Assembly (NCBI RefSeq): GCF_006345805.1
Contig: NC_043016.1
Coordinates: 7,130,001-7,194,000, forward strand
From: Octopus sinensis
Taxonomy: Eukaryota
Length of the DNA: 64,000 nt
Direction of reading: 5' to 3'
In this document: positions 27,600 to 41,108 of the stretch, one piece after another
Position numbering within the stretch: the stretch's first letter is position 1
How the letters are laid out: every line of letters begins with the position of its first letter
Program-made: the position numbers and the translations under genes
Notes under the pieces: generated by a model
The model's input: only the letters and a program-made list of their open reading frames with translations
Database searches by the model: none
What the model was told of the DNA's origin: nothing

Positions 27600-28743
27600 A
27601 GTGGGGGTGGGTGCACTGAGAGTGTAACTGCTAGAATAAGAATAGCCTGGGCAAAGTTTAGGGAGCTCTTACCTCTGCTGGTGACAAAAGGCCTCTCGCT
27701 CAGAGTAAAGGGCAGACTGTATGATGCATGTGTACGAACTGCCATGCTACATGGCAGTGAAACATGGGCCGTGACTGTTGAGGACATGCGTAAGCTCATG
27801 AGGAATGAAGCCAGTATGCTCCGATGGATGTGTAATGTCAGTGTACTTACTCGACAGAGCGTTAGTTCCTTGAGAGAAATGTTGTACCTAAGAAGCATCA
27901 GTTGTTGTGTGCAAGAGAGACGATTGCGCTGGTATGGTCATGTGGCGAGAATGGATGAAGATAGGTGTGTGAGAAAGTGCCAATCCCTAGCAGTTGAGGG
28001 AACCCGTGCAAGAGGTAGACCCAGGAAAACCTGGGACGAGGTGGTGAAGCATGACCTTCGAACGTTAGGTCTCACCATGGAAATGACTAGAGACCGAGAC
28101 CTATGGAAGTATGCTGTGCGTGAGAAGACCCGGCAAGACTAGTGAAGCCATAACCCATGGCCACTACCTGGGACGTAGTCAGTCCACCTGTGCATACCTT
28201 CCTGCTTGTGATACTTGTGAAACCTGTTGAGGCAAGTGAAAGTCAAGTCAAATCGAATCAAATCATAGATGAACATCAATGGAATTTGTATCCTTGTGTA
28301 CCAGTGCCGGTGGCACATAAGAAAACCATCCGAACGGGACCGTAGCCAGTACCGCATCGACTGGCCCCGTGCTGTGGGCACGTAACAAACACCATCCGAT
28401 CGTAGCCGTTCGCCAGCTCGTCTGGCACCGTGTCGGTGGCACATAAAAAACCCATCCGAGCGTGGCCGTCTGCCAGCCTCGTCTGGCACCTGTGTCGGTG
28501 GCACATAAAAAACACCATTCGAGCATGACCGTCTGCCAGCCTCGTCTGGCACCTGTGTCGGTGGCACATAAAATCACCCACTACACTCTCGGAGTGGTTG
28601 GCATTAGGAAGGGCATCCAGCTGTAGAAACACTGCCAGATCTGACTGGCCTGGTGCAGCCTTCGGGCTTGCCAGACCCCAGTTGAACCGTCCAACCCATG
28701 CTAGCATGGAAAGTGGACGTTAAACGATGATGATGATGATGAT
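27600..28743 (+). mobile_element. 5'-truncated RTE LINE (C-terminal ORF + 3'UTR) inserted in the (TA)n spacer of a SINE
   Basis: SGGGCTESVTARIRIAWAKFRELLPLL...GRPRKTWDEVVKHDLRTLGL...EKTRQD* followed by the same 3'UTR and (GAT)n tail. Preceded by a SINE-A head (27398-27560). Confidence 0.93.
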
Positions 28744-30331
28744 ATACATATTGAAATCGCTCAAAAATCAATGGAAATTGTAGTTGTGATACCAGTGCTG
28801 GTGCCGCCCCGACTGGCCTCCATGCCGGTGGCACATAAAAGGCACCAACTGATCGTGGCCATTGCCAGCCTCGCCTGGCACCTGTGCAGGTGGCATGTAA
28901 AAAACACTCACTACACTCGGAGTGGTTGGTGTTAGGAAGGGCATCCAGCTGTAGAAACACTGCCATATCAGACTGGGCCTGGTGCAGCCTCCTAGCCTCC
29001 CAGACCCCAGTCGAACTGTCCAACCCATGCCAGCATAAAAAGCGGACGTTAAACGATGATGATGATGATGATGATGATTTGTCTGTTTGTGTCTATGTTT
29101 GTCCTCTTGCTTGACAACGGAATATGTGCATGTGTGTGTGTATATGACAATTTCTATTTACCTAATCCACTGACAAGGCTTTGGTTGGCCCAAAGCTATA
29201 GTTTGAAGACATTTTCCCAAGGTGCCACACAGTGGAACTGAACCCAGTACCATGTGGTTGGGAAGCAAGGTTCTTACTACACAGCCATGCCTATGCCTTG
29301 AAGGAAAAAAAACAAAACCGAGGGACTCAAATGGAAGGGGGGAAACCAAGGCAAAAATAGAAACTCAGATGTAACCAGCGATGAATAACAACATTTGATA
29401 ATCTATTCCAAGGTAAATAGGGGAGGGGGAAGATGGTGGGAGTAGAGGAGGGGTTGATGCGGTCGTAATGTTATAAAGATTCTTGGTGAATTATCTTTAC
29501 TCGTAGACACAATTTTATTCTATTTAACAATAACAACAAAATGTCTTTCATAAAAAAAATCAACCAGAAACTAGGTCACTACAATTATTACTAGCATAAA
29601 GATAAAAGATCAAGGCTAATGACAACAACAACAACAACAACGACGACTGCAGCAGCAGTATTGAAAGTGAGAGGGATGATATTACATGTGGTGGTGATGG
29701 CGGTGGTGGTGGTGGTGGTAGTGGTGGTGGGTAGGGCTACGTGACAACCAGACAGATTATGTGACCTTTAACCACATTCATTGAACATTTCTTTTTCAGT
29801 TTTTTTTGTTGTTATTTTGGCATTGATCTGAGAAAGGTTTCATTCAGTTTTCCATAAGTAATTTAGCTGCTTGCTACAGTCACTCTCTCTCTCTCTCTGT
29901 ATATATATATGTATATAATAGTAATTATTTGAGGGAAAATTAATCCTAACTTACAGGGAAAAAAATTCAGTTTAGAAATACTAAATCAAATTTCACACAA
30001 TATAATATATATATATATATATATATATAGAAATTAGAAAAAAACCACCTTTTATCAATTCAAAATGAACAATTAAATTACACCATCCGGAAAATTACAT
30101 ATAATAGAAATATTAAAGTTAAATAACAATAAAATACAGAGGATTAAGTAAATTGCAAAAAAATAATAAAAACATATAATTGGTAGAGAGAGAGGTGCAG
30201 GAGTGGCTGTGTGGTAAGTAGCTTGCCTACTAACCACATGGTTCCGGGTTCAGTCCCACTGTGTGGCAGCCTCGGGCCAACCAAAGCTTGTGAGTGGATT
30301 TGGTAGACGGAAACTGAAAGAAGCCTGTCGT

Positions 30332-30403
<72 letters not shown>

Positions 30404-31310
30404 TTGTGTGTCTGTGTTTGTCCCCACAACATCGCTTGAGAACCGATGCTGGTATGTTTACGTCTCCATAACTTAGCGGTTCAGCAAAAGAGACCGATAG
30501 AATAAGCACTAGGCTTACAAAGTACAAGTCCTGGGGTTGATTTGCTCGACTAAAGGTAGTGCTCCAGCATGGCCGCAGTCAAATGACTGAAACAAGTAAA
30601 AGAGTAAGAGTAACATATATATATATATCGCATGTTGTATTATCATCCATGCTGGCATGAGTTGGACGATTTGCTAGGGTCTAGCAAACCACAGAGCTGC
30701 ACTGAGCTCCATTTCCAACTTTGGTATGCTGGCTACCCTTCTTAATGTTAACCAGCAGCAAGCTGGCAGAAACGTTAGCACGCCGGGAGAAATGCTTAGC
30801 GGTATTTCGTCTGCCGCTACGTTCTGAGTTCAAATTCCACCGAGGTCGACTTTGCCTTTCATCCTTTCGGGGTTGATTAAATAAGTACCAGTTACGCACT
30901 GGGGTCGATATAATCGACTTGTCCTTGTTTGTCCTCTCTGTGGTTAGCCCCTTGTGGGTAGTAAAGAAATAGGTATGTACTGGGATTTTTTTTTTTTTGT
31001 GCAACTGGCACGAGTGAGATCATCAAGTAAGTTGCAAGACAGAAAAGAACAGGAAAGAGAAAAGTCCCCAATGACTAAGGGGCTGGGGATTAGGGAGTAA
31101 GGGGTGGGGATTTATGTCGGATGCTGAAAGACAGATGTAAAAGAGAAACAAGCACTGGTGTGTGTATAAGCACTTGTGTGTGTGTGTGTGCATACATATA
31201 TATCTTCACACACACACACACATATATATATATGCATATCTATTTTTATATACTTCCATGTGTATATATATGCATATGTGTGTAGGTGTGTGTATATAGA
31301 TATGTGTGCA

Positions 31311-31650
31311 TATGCAATGGCGCTTGCGGTGGTTTGGCCATGCATGTAGGCGTCCGGTGGGTGAACTGAGCCGTGATGTCCTTCTCCCGACTCCACTTCC
31401 CAACTGGCAGAAACACGCGGTCGGGCAGCTGAAGACCTGGGTTACAACGATTAAGGAGGACCTCTCCGTGCTCACGGGTCTGCAGGTGTTTGGCCTGCGC
31501 TGATGGAACCGTGACTGGCTCGCTATCTCCAGTGAACTGGCGCAGGACCGTCGTGCGTTGGCTGCCATAGTTCGAGATGCCTCAAGGCTGGTAGAAGAAG
31601 CCGACTCAACCCGCCCAGGGTAAATGTCGACACAAGTACAAGTACAAGTA
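31311..31650 (+). mobile_element. 3' end of a second, distinct RTE-type LINE with a (CAAGTA)n tail
   Basis: WRLRWFGHACRR...GQLKTWVTTIKEDL...ELAQDRRA is an RTE C-terminal motif set. The segment is GC-rich and ends in gacacaagtacaagtacaagta. Confidence 0.7.
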
Positions 31651-31660
31651 GTACATATGA

Positions 31661-31710
<50 letters not shown>

Positions 31711-31754
31711 GTACATCATTTACATTCGACGGATATTTGTCTTGTTTGTTGTTA

Positions 31755-31799
31755 ACACAACATTTCGGCTGATATACCCTCCAGCCTTCATCAAGTGTC
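31755..31799 (-). ncRNA. Decayed hammerhead motif
   Basis: Reverse complement reads GACAC-TTGATGA-A-GGCTG (10 nt) CAGCC-GAAAT GT T|GTGTT. Two C>T changes from a canonical minimal HHR. Confidence 0.6.
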
Positions 31800-32394
31800 T
31801 TGGGGGAATTTCGAACCTGGGTTCTCATTCCTAAGGTATTTTCCCAAGTTACTATTATAATTATAATTATTATTATTATAAAACCTGCGGCTCAGTGGTT
31901 ACCGATGATGTTGACTTGTTCTTCTTTTAGGATTATGGCTGCTGTTGGTCAATAGTTTGGCTAAATCCATCTGCCAGTATATATATTTTTGCTATAAAAT
32001 TTTTTGGTGGTTTAGGGAAATGGTAATCTGTATATTAAGAATTAATATAAACAACTAGGTGCAATGTAATACCAAAAAGGAATAATTTTATCATCACTGA
32101 ATGTGACTGAGGGTGCCAAAGTACCTAAATTGCTAGAAATAAGAGTGAAAGACTCTTAAAGCTGTATATATATATTGGCCTATGGATTTAGTCAAGCCAT
32201 CGACCATTTCAGTACTCACTACTGATGTACCAACCAAATAGGTGAGACTAGTTTAGTCTAGTGATTCTAGAGATGGTCATGGGACAGTTTTCTCCCCTCT
32301 CAGTGTATATATATTGTGCTCTTCTTATAGCATTAAGAGTCTTTAACTCTTATTTCTAGCAGTATAAGTGTTTTGGCATCCTCAATCACATTTA

Positions 32395-32433
<39 letters not shown>

Positions 32434-32972
32434 GTGTGTGCTTTTATACATATCATCACACAAACACACACGGATTCCTTATTTGTTTGTTTAATTAACT
32501 CACTTTAATTAGTCTTTGATGTTTAAATCACTTTTCATGCTTATCTCTCAATAATCTTTTTACTTTCTCTCCCATTAACTTACTTCCACTAGAATCTTAT
32601 CTCTTTCCAAATTTATTCTTTTTCAATTTCCATCGTCTGATTCTCCACATTTTCTTTATGTTCCATAGCAACCTCATCTTTGATTTATTCTTTACCATTA
32701 TTTAATGAGTTAAATCATATTCCAACATCCAACATATTCTCTGCCCACAGTGTCCACTGTGAATATCTATTTTTTAGTTCTAACTTTTACTTGTTTCGGT
32801 CATTAGACTGTGGTCATATTGAGGCACTGCCTTGAATTATGTTTTCTTTTAAATTTTATATATCTTATTTTTTCAGTTTCTTTTGCCAAACTGCTGAGTT
32901 AGGCGGGGGACTTAAAACAAGTCAACATTGTTTGTTAAGTAATGGATAGGGTTGGAAAGTGACAAAATACAC

Positions 32973-33011
<39 letters not shown>

Positions 33012-33189
33012 ACACATCTATAGATATGACAAGTTTTCAAATATTTCCTGTATTTTCATTACTTTTTTCCCTGTGTTTTTATATTATAAATTCTTGAACT
33101 TTTTGAATTCCATTGCTTTTAAATATTTAAAAAAATAAAACAAATATCCTTGTTGTAAGAGTTTATTCTATTAAATAAATAAATAAATC

Positions 33190-33241
<52 letters not shown>

Positions 33242-34066
33242 ATGGTTTCAAATTTTAACGGTAATTAAGGCCAGCAATTTTGGGTGTGGGTTGGAAGAAG
33301 TCAATTTACTTTGGCCTCAGTAACCAACTAGTGTTTATTTTATCAACCCTGAATTTGAACTCAGAACATAAAAGCAGATGAAATACCACTAAACATTTTG
33401 CCTGGCATGCTTACAATTCTGCTAACGATTGCTTGAAAGTGCAATTTTACAAATAACAACTGTCCTGTCTGTAATCTTTGAGAAATAATCAAAACGTAGC
33501 AGAAGATATTATATATGAAATGAACAACTGCTGAATATATGCAAAATGTTAAAAGTTGCATGTAGTTGTATGTAAACAAAATTAAGTCCTTTGATTGCTT
33601 TGAAGTAGTCAACAGTGTAATACAGAGATATGCAGTGTTAAACCGACCGTAAGATATTTTGAAATCTTTTAACAAACATTCTGACTCATGGTGACAAAAA
33701 GATGTTAACTCAAAAGAAATATTTAAAAAGAAATCTCTATGGATTAATCTATATTCATCTTCTTAGAGATGTAAAGATTATAAGCTTTGATATCCTTTGT
33801 ATGTTTGGCATATTTTAATTTATATAAAGCGATTTTAAAGTTACTAATATTCTTATTTTTACTGTCTCAAACGTTTAAATAACATTGAATTGGATTTCCT
33901 TGCACAATGTATAACTATGCTGATAATATCTTAACTTTACAGGATTGGTAACCCGACAGCTTCTACATTGCTTCAGTGTATTATGTCCATTTTGTATGAA
34001 TTATTTACACTGGTAACTTTCCTCCTTCACACACACGTGCATGCACACACACACACACACGTGTGT

Positions 34067-34132
<66 letters not shown>

Positions 34133-34789
34133 CACCATATTTTTCAATATCGTGTTCCCTGGTGTTTAGAAGAGACATGTATATATGTGTATATAGTTGT
34201 ATATGTAAATATGTGCATGTGTGTGTATTTGATAAAGAATTGGAAACATGATATGACTCAGGGGCTGATGAATGATGACACTTCTGTGTTACTTCCATAA
34301 AATTACTAAAAAGATGATGATGATACACACTCTCTTGGATATATATCATCATAATTATCATTAACATATACAGTGTCCATGCACGTAAAAAGCACCAACC
34401 GATCGTGGCCGCTGCCAGCCTCCCCTGGCACCTATGCCGGTGGCACATCAAAAGCACCCACTACACTCACAGAGTGGTTGGCGTTAGGAAGGGCATCCAG
34501 TTGTAGAAACGCTGCTAGATCAGACTGGAGCCTGGTGCAGTCTCCTGGCTTCCCAGAACCCGGTCAAACCGTCCAATCCGTGCTAGCATGGAAAACGGAC
34601 GTTAAACGATGATGATGATGGTGATGTTCCATGCTGGCATGAGTTGGACAGTTTGATAGGATCTAATAGATCTGAGAACTGCTTCATGCTCCAATATCTG
34701 CTTTGATATATTTTCTATGGCTGGATGCTCTTATCTAAAGCCAACCACTTTACCAACATGTACTGGTTGCCTTCTTTTTGTAGCACCAG

Positions 34790-36900
34790 CCTTAGTGTGG
34801 TCATCATACAACAGATAGTCCACTTCAATTGAGATCAGAGTAAAAAAAGGAGATGGCTCTATGTTGTAGGATGAAGGAAGAGAGGTGAGAGGAAGGTCCA
34901 GATTAGAACAAATTTCTTTCTGTATAGGATCTGTGTGACTAGACTTCATAAAAGAGAGGGTTGGAATGATTTGGTGGAGGTGAATATAATGAATGAAGAA
35001 GTGTTGAGGTACGGATATGTGGGGAAGATAGGGAAGTGTTGGTGACAACTGTAGAAATTAGGCAGAGGTGAGGGGTGGATGTAATGAATGATGGGTAAGG
35101 GGTGGGAGTGATCAATGATACATATGAGATGGGAAAGAAGAGGGTAGTAGGAGGTGTGTGATTAAACAACAGAAGAGTAATAATGATACAGTAAACAGGA
35201 AAGAAATGATATGGTTGGGTAGCAAGAGTTTAATGTGAGTGGCAGACATAACGTATGGGGAGAGTGAGAGTTGTATACTGGCGAAGAAGGAAAGAAAATT
35301 TGAAGGGACAGTACTAAGAATCAAGATATGTATTGAAGCCGTTTTGTGTAATGAGACTGATAAGTGGTACAGATAGGCGGCAAGCTGGCAGAGTCGTTAG
35401 CACGCCGGACGAAATGCGTAGCCGTATTTCGTCTGCTGTTACATTCTGAGTTCAAATTCCGCCAAGGTCAACTTTGCCTTTCATCCTTTCAGGGTCGATA
35501 AATTAAGTACCAGTTATGCACTGGGGTCGATGTAATCAACTTAATCCATTTGTCTGTGTTTAGCCCCTTGTGGGTAGTAAAGAAATAGGTATTTCGTCTG
35601 CCGCTATGTTCTGAGTTCAAATTCCGACGAGGTCGACTTTGCCTTTCATCCTTTCGGGGTCGATTAAATAAGTACCAGTTATGCACTGGGGTCGATATAA
35701 TCGACTTAATCCGTTTGTCTGTCCTTGTTTGTCCCCTCTGTGTTTAGCCCCTTGTGGGTTGTAACGAAATAGGTACAGATAGTTGGGATGGCTTGAAGAG
35801 GAAATTGGTGAGGTTGCCAGTTGTACTTAATATATCCACACTTGCTTCCTCAAATTCACTTTTGCCAAGATGAGCAGATCTTTCCGAGTACTGAATTTCA
35901 CCAGTCACACTGGTTCTTTGTCTTCTCTTCTGTAAGATTCAAGATCCTGAGAAATGACTGAAACAAGTAAAAGGTAATCTTCAACCTAGTTGTTCTCTTA
36001 TGAGAACTGAGTCATTATCGTGTAAGTTTCCTCAAGAGCCACAGTTGTTTTTTTTGTTTTTTTTTTAGTCTTGCAAACTTTATTGAATAGAAAGATTGTT
36101 AGGACACAGCCTGGGAGAACATCAGTCTGTACTCAAATAATGTTAGGCAGTCTTGAAGTGGCTGATTAATATAGTAGAAATAGCAGTCCAAGTCCTTCAT
36201 AGTTGAGATCTTGAAAATGACAAACATACATGGAATAACATAGTTATAGATATACAATATGACTAGAATGCTTTTGCTCATGTGATACAGATGGATAGAT
36301 GGATGGATGGATGGACGGACGGACGGACGGATGGCGCCGCCGCTGCCTCCTCCTCGTAAAAAGCAGTGATAATGGTGTCAACTAAAAAGCACTGGGGATG
36401 GTGCCACATACTTGTGATATGTCTGAAACAGACATATCACAAGTCTGATTAACCACAAAACTAAAATTGCTTCTTATATCATTAATATCATGTCACATGA
36501 TATTACTATTATTTCTACCTATTATTACTTATCAGATTACCTACTCGCACTTGCTCTGGTCAGTAATACCTATTTTTAAGCACCTGGTTCTAGTCTGAAC
36601 TGATAGACAGGACAAACTTTGTGGGAGAAGTCTGTGAACATCTTCCACAAATGTTAGTGACATTCTGCTTAATGTAACTGGTTTCCTAGATTTTGTGGTG
36701 TATATATATTCTGCCACGGGTGGAACATCAATCCATTGTAGGATCACTCAGTTTTGTCGGCTGAGTGGATTGAATGGATGTAGTCTGCGCCTGTGATGCA
36801 AGACAATTGATTGTACAACATCGCACATGCAAGGTACAGATGCAAGATGAGTTGAAACAATTGTAGTGGATTTGAATAGTCTCACGAATTCCATTTTCTG
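34790..36900 (-). mobile_element. Highly degraded CR1-like LINE remnant (ORF1 pieces + APE)
   Basis: Minus-strand peptides CSNLDLPLTS...LISIE and VPSNFLSF resemble CR1 APE. LVKFSTRKDLLILAKVNLRK and a Cys/His cluster near 36800 resemble ORF1. Interrupted by a SINE-B dimer. Confidence 0.4.
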
Positions 36901-37195
36901 TTGTTGATATATATGTATGCATGTATATGTTTATATATATATATATAGCAGCGCCGACTTGACTGGCTTCTGTGCCGGTGGCACGGAAAAAGCACCCACT
37001 ACACTCGCGGAGTGGTTGGTGTTAGGAAGGGCATCTAGCTGTAGAAACACTGCCAGATCAGACTGGAGCCTGGTGCAGCCTTCTGGCTTCCCAGAACTGT
37101 CCAACCCATGCTAGCATAGAAAACGGACGTTAAACGATGATGATGTATGTATCTGTATGAGTGTGTGTGTGTGTGCACATGCATATGTATATGTT

Positions 37196-37318
<123 letters not shown>

Positions 37319-37910
37319 CACCGTGATCACCGTGACCGACCAGGCTATCAGATGTTGCTACACATCGCTGGTCACAATGCGTTTCGCATTGTTTTAGCCT
37401 TCAAATGACACCACCCCGCTGGCTAAGCAAGCAGGTCAACAGAAGAAAGAGTGAGAGAAAGTTGCGGCGAAAGAGTACAGCAGGGATTTCCACCCCCCAC
37501 CCCTGCTGGAGCCTCGTGGAGCTTTAGGTGCTTTCGCTCATTAAGCACTCACAAAGCCTAGTCTAGGAATCGAAACCGTGATCCTATGACCGCGAGTCCG
37601 CTGCCCTAACCACTGGGCCATTGCGCCTCCACATAATATATATATATATACACATATATATATATATATACACATATATATATATATACACAAGTACATT
37701 TTGTAGAGTCAGTAATTATGTCAGATTGTACTCCACCTAGTCTATAGTCTGGCAAAGTAAGAATGATTTTTGGTTAATATTTGGATTAATTTGGTGATAT
37801 CATTTCACAGGAATTTCTTTTAATATTCTTCATGTTCCAAAGACATTCACACACACATGCATACACACAAATACATACACATCTAAAAATTACACATACA
37901 CACACATACT

Positions 37911-37941
<31 letters not shown>

Positions 37942-39612
37942 TCATGTGTATGTTTTGAGAAAGTAGATCTACATGCAATAAATATATGCCAAAAATGTGT
38001 GCACAAGAAACAAAAATAAAAATACAAAACAAAATAAAAAGGGGGAGAATATGAAACCAGACACGAAACAAATAAAATAAGTGAGAGATAAATTCGCAAA
38101 AGAGAAATGGAAATGAGAGCAGTCTGTTGACAATAATTTACATGGGAAAACAATAGCATTCAATTAAATATATTAAAATGGACAGAATAATATGTGAATG
38201 AAATATAAGTAGTTAATTAAAGTTTGGTTATACGTCTGGTAGTGTATTGATTAAAGTACTTTAAGTGTCTATGTCTACCTAATGTCATCCACAATATTGA
38301 CATAAATGCCACTGAATAAAAGTGCAAGCTGGCAGAATTATTAACATACTGGGTAAAATGCTTAGTGGCATTTCATCCATCATTACAATCTGAGTTCAAA
38401 TTCTGGCAAGGTTGACTTTGCTTGACATCCTTTTGGGGCCAATAATTTAAGTACCTATTTCTTTACTACCCACAAGGGGCTAAACACAGAGAGCACAAAC
38501 AAGGACAGACAAACGGATTAAGTCAATTATATCGACCCCAGTGCGTAAATGGTACTTAATTTATCTACCCCAAAAGGATGAAAGGCAAAGTCGACCTCGG
38601 CGGAATTTGAACTCAGTGGCAGACGAAATACTGCTATACATTTCGCTCGGCGTGCTAATGTTTCTGCTAGCTTGCCGCCTTTAAATTAAGTACCAGTTAC
38701 GCACTCCTATCAGGCCTTGTGCCTATAGTAGGAAATATACCCCCTCCCCCAAATTTGAGGCCTTGTGCCTATGGTAGAATGGATTATTATTATTATTATT
38801 ATCGTTATTATTATTATTATTATTATTGAGTGAGAGAGCAGTGCATACCATCAAAGTGACACTGGGGTAAAATATACGAAGCCCAGTATACCCATCATGA
38901 CTACCCGTCTGATAAGGGTACCCTAGGCACATGCATCACAACCATATGTGCGCGACATAGTGATCTCATATCAAAATAAACAGCACATGACCTTGCAGGT
39001 GGGGCCCAGTTAGAATTTTCTTCAGGTCGAGTAACCCATCCCACTCGAAAGGTCCCTGAATAAGGGTTGTTTAAGGATGTTGAAAGGACCACCCATGTTT
39101 CCACAGGTGAATTATTCAAACCCCAAAGAATCCCTCTCAACACATGGCTATGATGCTCCCCCACTACTTCTGCTCGTGATCAGAGATGCACATATCGTCA
39201 GCCACTAAGGGACATGCTCAACTGGTTAAAGTCAAACAACTGACAAGCAAATCTGTGGTATTGAGCAGAATTATTATTATTATTATATGTTTGGCTTTTT
39301 GACTCCAAGTCTCACCCAGAGACCTCAAGAGACAACAGGTTAGAAGTTCAAGTTGGTGTTATGACTAGGGTGCCATATTTTGGGTTTTGCACAGAGCATT
39401 GTTCTAGAGAATGTCTGTCAAACAATATGTAAATTAGAAGTTTGTTTTAAAAGTAATTTGGATTGTAAGATGATAGTGTGATGACAGCAAAAGGTGTTTG
39501 CTATTATGTAAGTTTAAAAGTACTTTAAACAAGGTTTACAGATTAAAATATTTGCGGGATTATGTAGACAATATTTTTCATAGGATATTATAATTATAAT
39601 TATTATTATGAG

Positions 39613-40082
39613 ATGGTATGGTGGACCCATTTGAAAGGGCTAAAGTCAGATGCTTTCCTCTTTGGCCAAGGCCTCATCAACTTTTTCAAGTTTCACTTGA
39701 AAAGGAAGATGAGAATAGAGAGGGAAGTGCTATCTCGTAGCAAATTCATTGAAAGGTGGGTGAATGTCAGAAGAATGGCCAGTATGAACGGACCAATTCT
39801 GAGGATACACCTGTGAAAAAAGGTAATATAAAAGGAGAAAAGGGCTCTCTACCCCCTTTTTGACCAGGCTCCCGTGGTTTTTATGGGTTTTTCCATGAGT
39901 AACCTTTTCGAAGCACCTCCCCCTATTGGGAGTTTTACTTTGTTATATATTTTCGTTGTTATCTTGCATTTTTACACAGACTTTTCAAACGGACAAAACC
40001 CTTTTTGTAACTTTTGTCCTGTATTTTGTCCTTAAATGTTTTATTTGATTTTTGTTAGCCCTTGTGGCCAATAAACAAATTA
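39613..40082 (+). mobile_element. 3' end of an L1/Tx1-like LINE
   Basis: FLFGQGLINFFKFHLKRKMRIEREVLSRSKFIERW resembles L1/Tx1 ORF2 C-termini. It is followed by a T-rich UTR ending ttagcccttgtggccaataaacaaat. Confidence 0.55.
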
Positions 40083-40189
40083 ATCTTTATTATTATTGCT
40101 TTTCATCTTTTCGGAGATCAATAGATCAATAAAATACATACCAGTTGAACACTGAGGTCAATATAATCTCCCTAAAATTGATGACCTTG

Positions 40190-40203
40190 TACCAACATTA
40201 TTA

Positions 40204-40234
<31 letters not shown>

Positions 40235-40329
40235 TATTATTATATTATCATTATTATTATTATTTATTATTATTATTATTATCATTATTATTATTATCAT
40301 CATCATCATTATATTATTATTATTATTAC

Positions 40330-40361
<32 letters not shown>

Positions 40362-40500
40362 ATTATTATTATTATTTATTATATCATTATATTATCATCA
40401 TTATTATTATTATTATTATATTATTATTATTATTATTATATTATCATTATTATTATTATCATCATTATTATTATATTATTATCATTGTTACTTCTTCTAC
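40190..40500. repeat. Compound (TTA/TCA)n microsatellite
   Basis: About 310 bp of triplet repeats ending about 30 bp before the exon acceptor. Confidence 0.95.
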
Positions 40501-40532
40501 TACTACATCTATTGTTATTCTTAATTTTTCAG

Positions 40533-40699
40533 CTGTGTCCATAAAAAGTATTTATACATTTTACCAAATGCAAGTGTAGTAATACCATTTCACAACGAAC
40601 ATTGGTCTACGTTATTAAGAACCGTTTATAGTGTTTTGAATCGGTCACCAAAACATCTTATACATGAAGTAATACTTGTTGATGACTTCAGTAATAAAG
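40533..40699 (+). CDS. GALNT10: Next coding exon of the GALNT10-like gene (start of GT-A catalytic domain)
   Basis: Acceptor ttaatttttcAG at 40531-40532 and donor GTAAGT at 40700. 167 nt. The first base C completes GA|C (Asp) from the previous exon, giving in-frame [55 protein letters not shown], the hallmark [30 protein letters not shown] motif. Confidence 0.93.
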
Positions 40700-40793
40700 G
40701 TAAGTTCATTTATACATTTTCCCACTACTATATTATCTCTTTCCTCTCTCTCTCTCTCTGTTCTTTTTTCAGTATGTTTATTTGTACACATTT

Positions 40794-41108
40794 CGTTTTT
40801 GGAGTTGGTTTGCAAGATTCTTTATATGAGTTCGTGTGTTGAAGCATATTCTGTTGTGTCTGGGGAGAGTCATTTTCTTTTTGTGCCTTATAATATAACA
40901 CAGTCACCGGTAAAATTTCCACTTTTTTTCTTATTTTCCTAAAATTTTTCGTTGTGTTTTTCAACCTATTGAGTCAAAACTATTGAAAAGGTTGCAAGAT
41001 GCAATGGAAATTTTAGACAATAAAAATAAGAAAAAAGTGGAAATTTACCGGTGGAGTGTGTTACATATAAGCACAAAAAGAAAATGACTCTCCCCAGACA
41101 CAACAGAA
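40794..41108. mobile_element. Element X with inverted partial second copy (fold-back) and 15-bp TSD
   Basis: TSD tatttgtacacattt at 40779-40793 and 41109-41123. Arms 40846-40966 and 40990-41111. Confidence 0.82.

Noticed and set aside
28380-28580. Short hairpin-bearing direct repeats resembling a CRISPR array
   Set aside because: The units are contiguous 62-63-bp tandem repeats without unique spacers, inside an RTE 3'UTR in a eukaryotic genome, and there are no cas genes.
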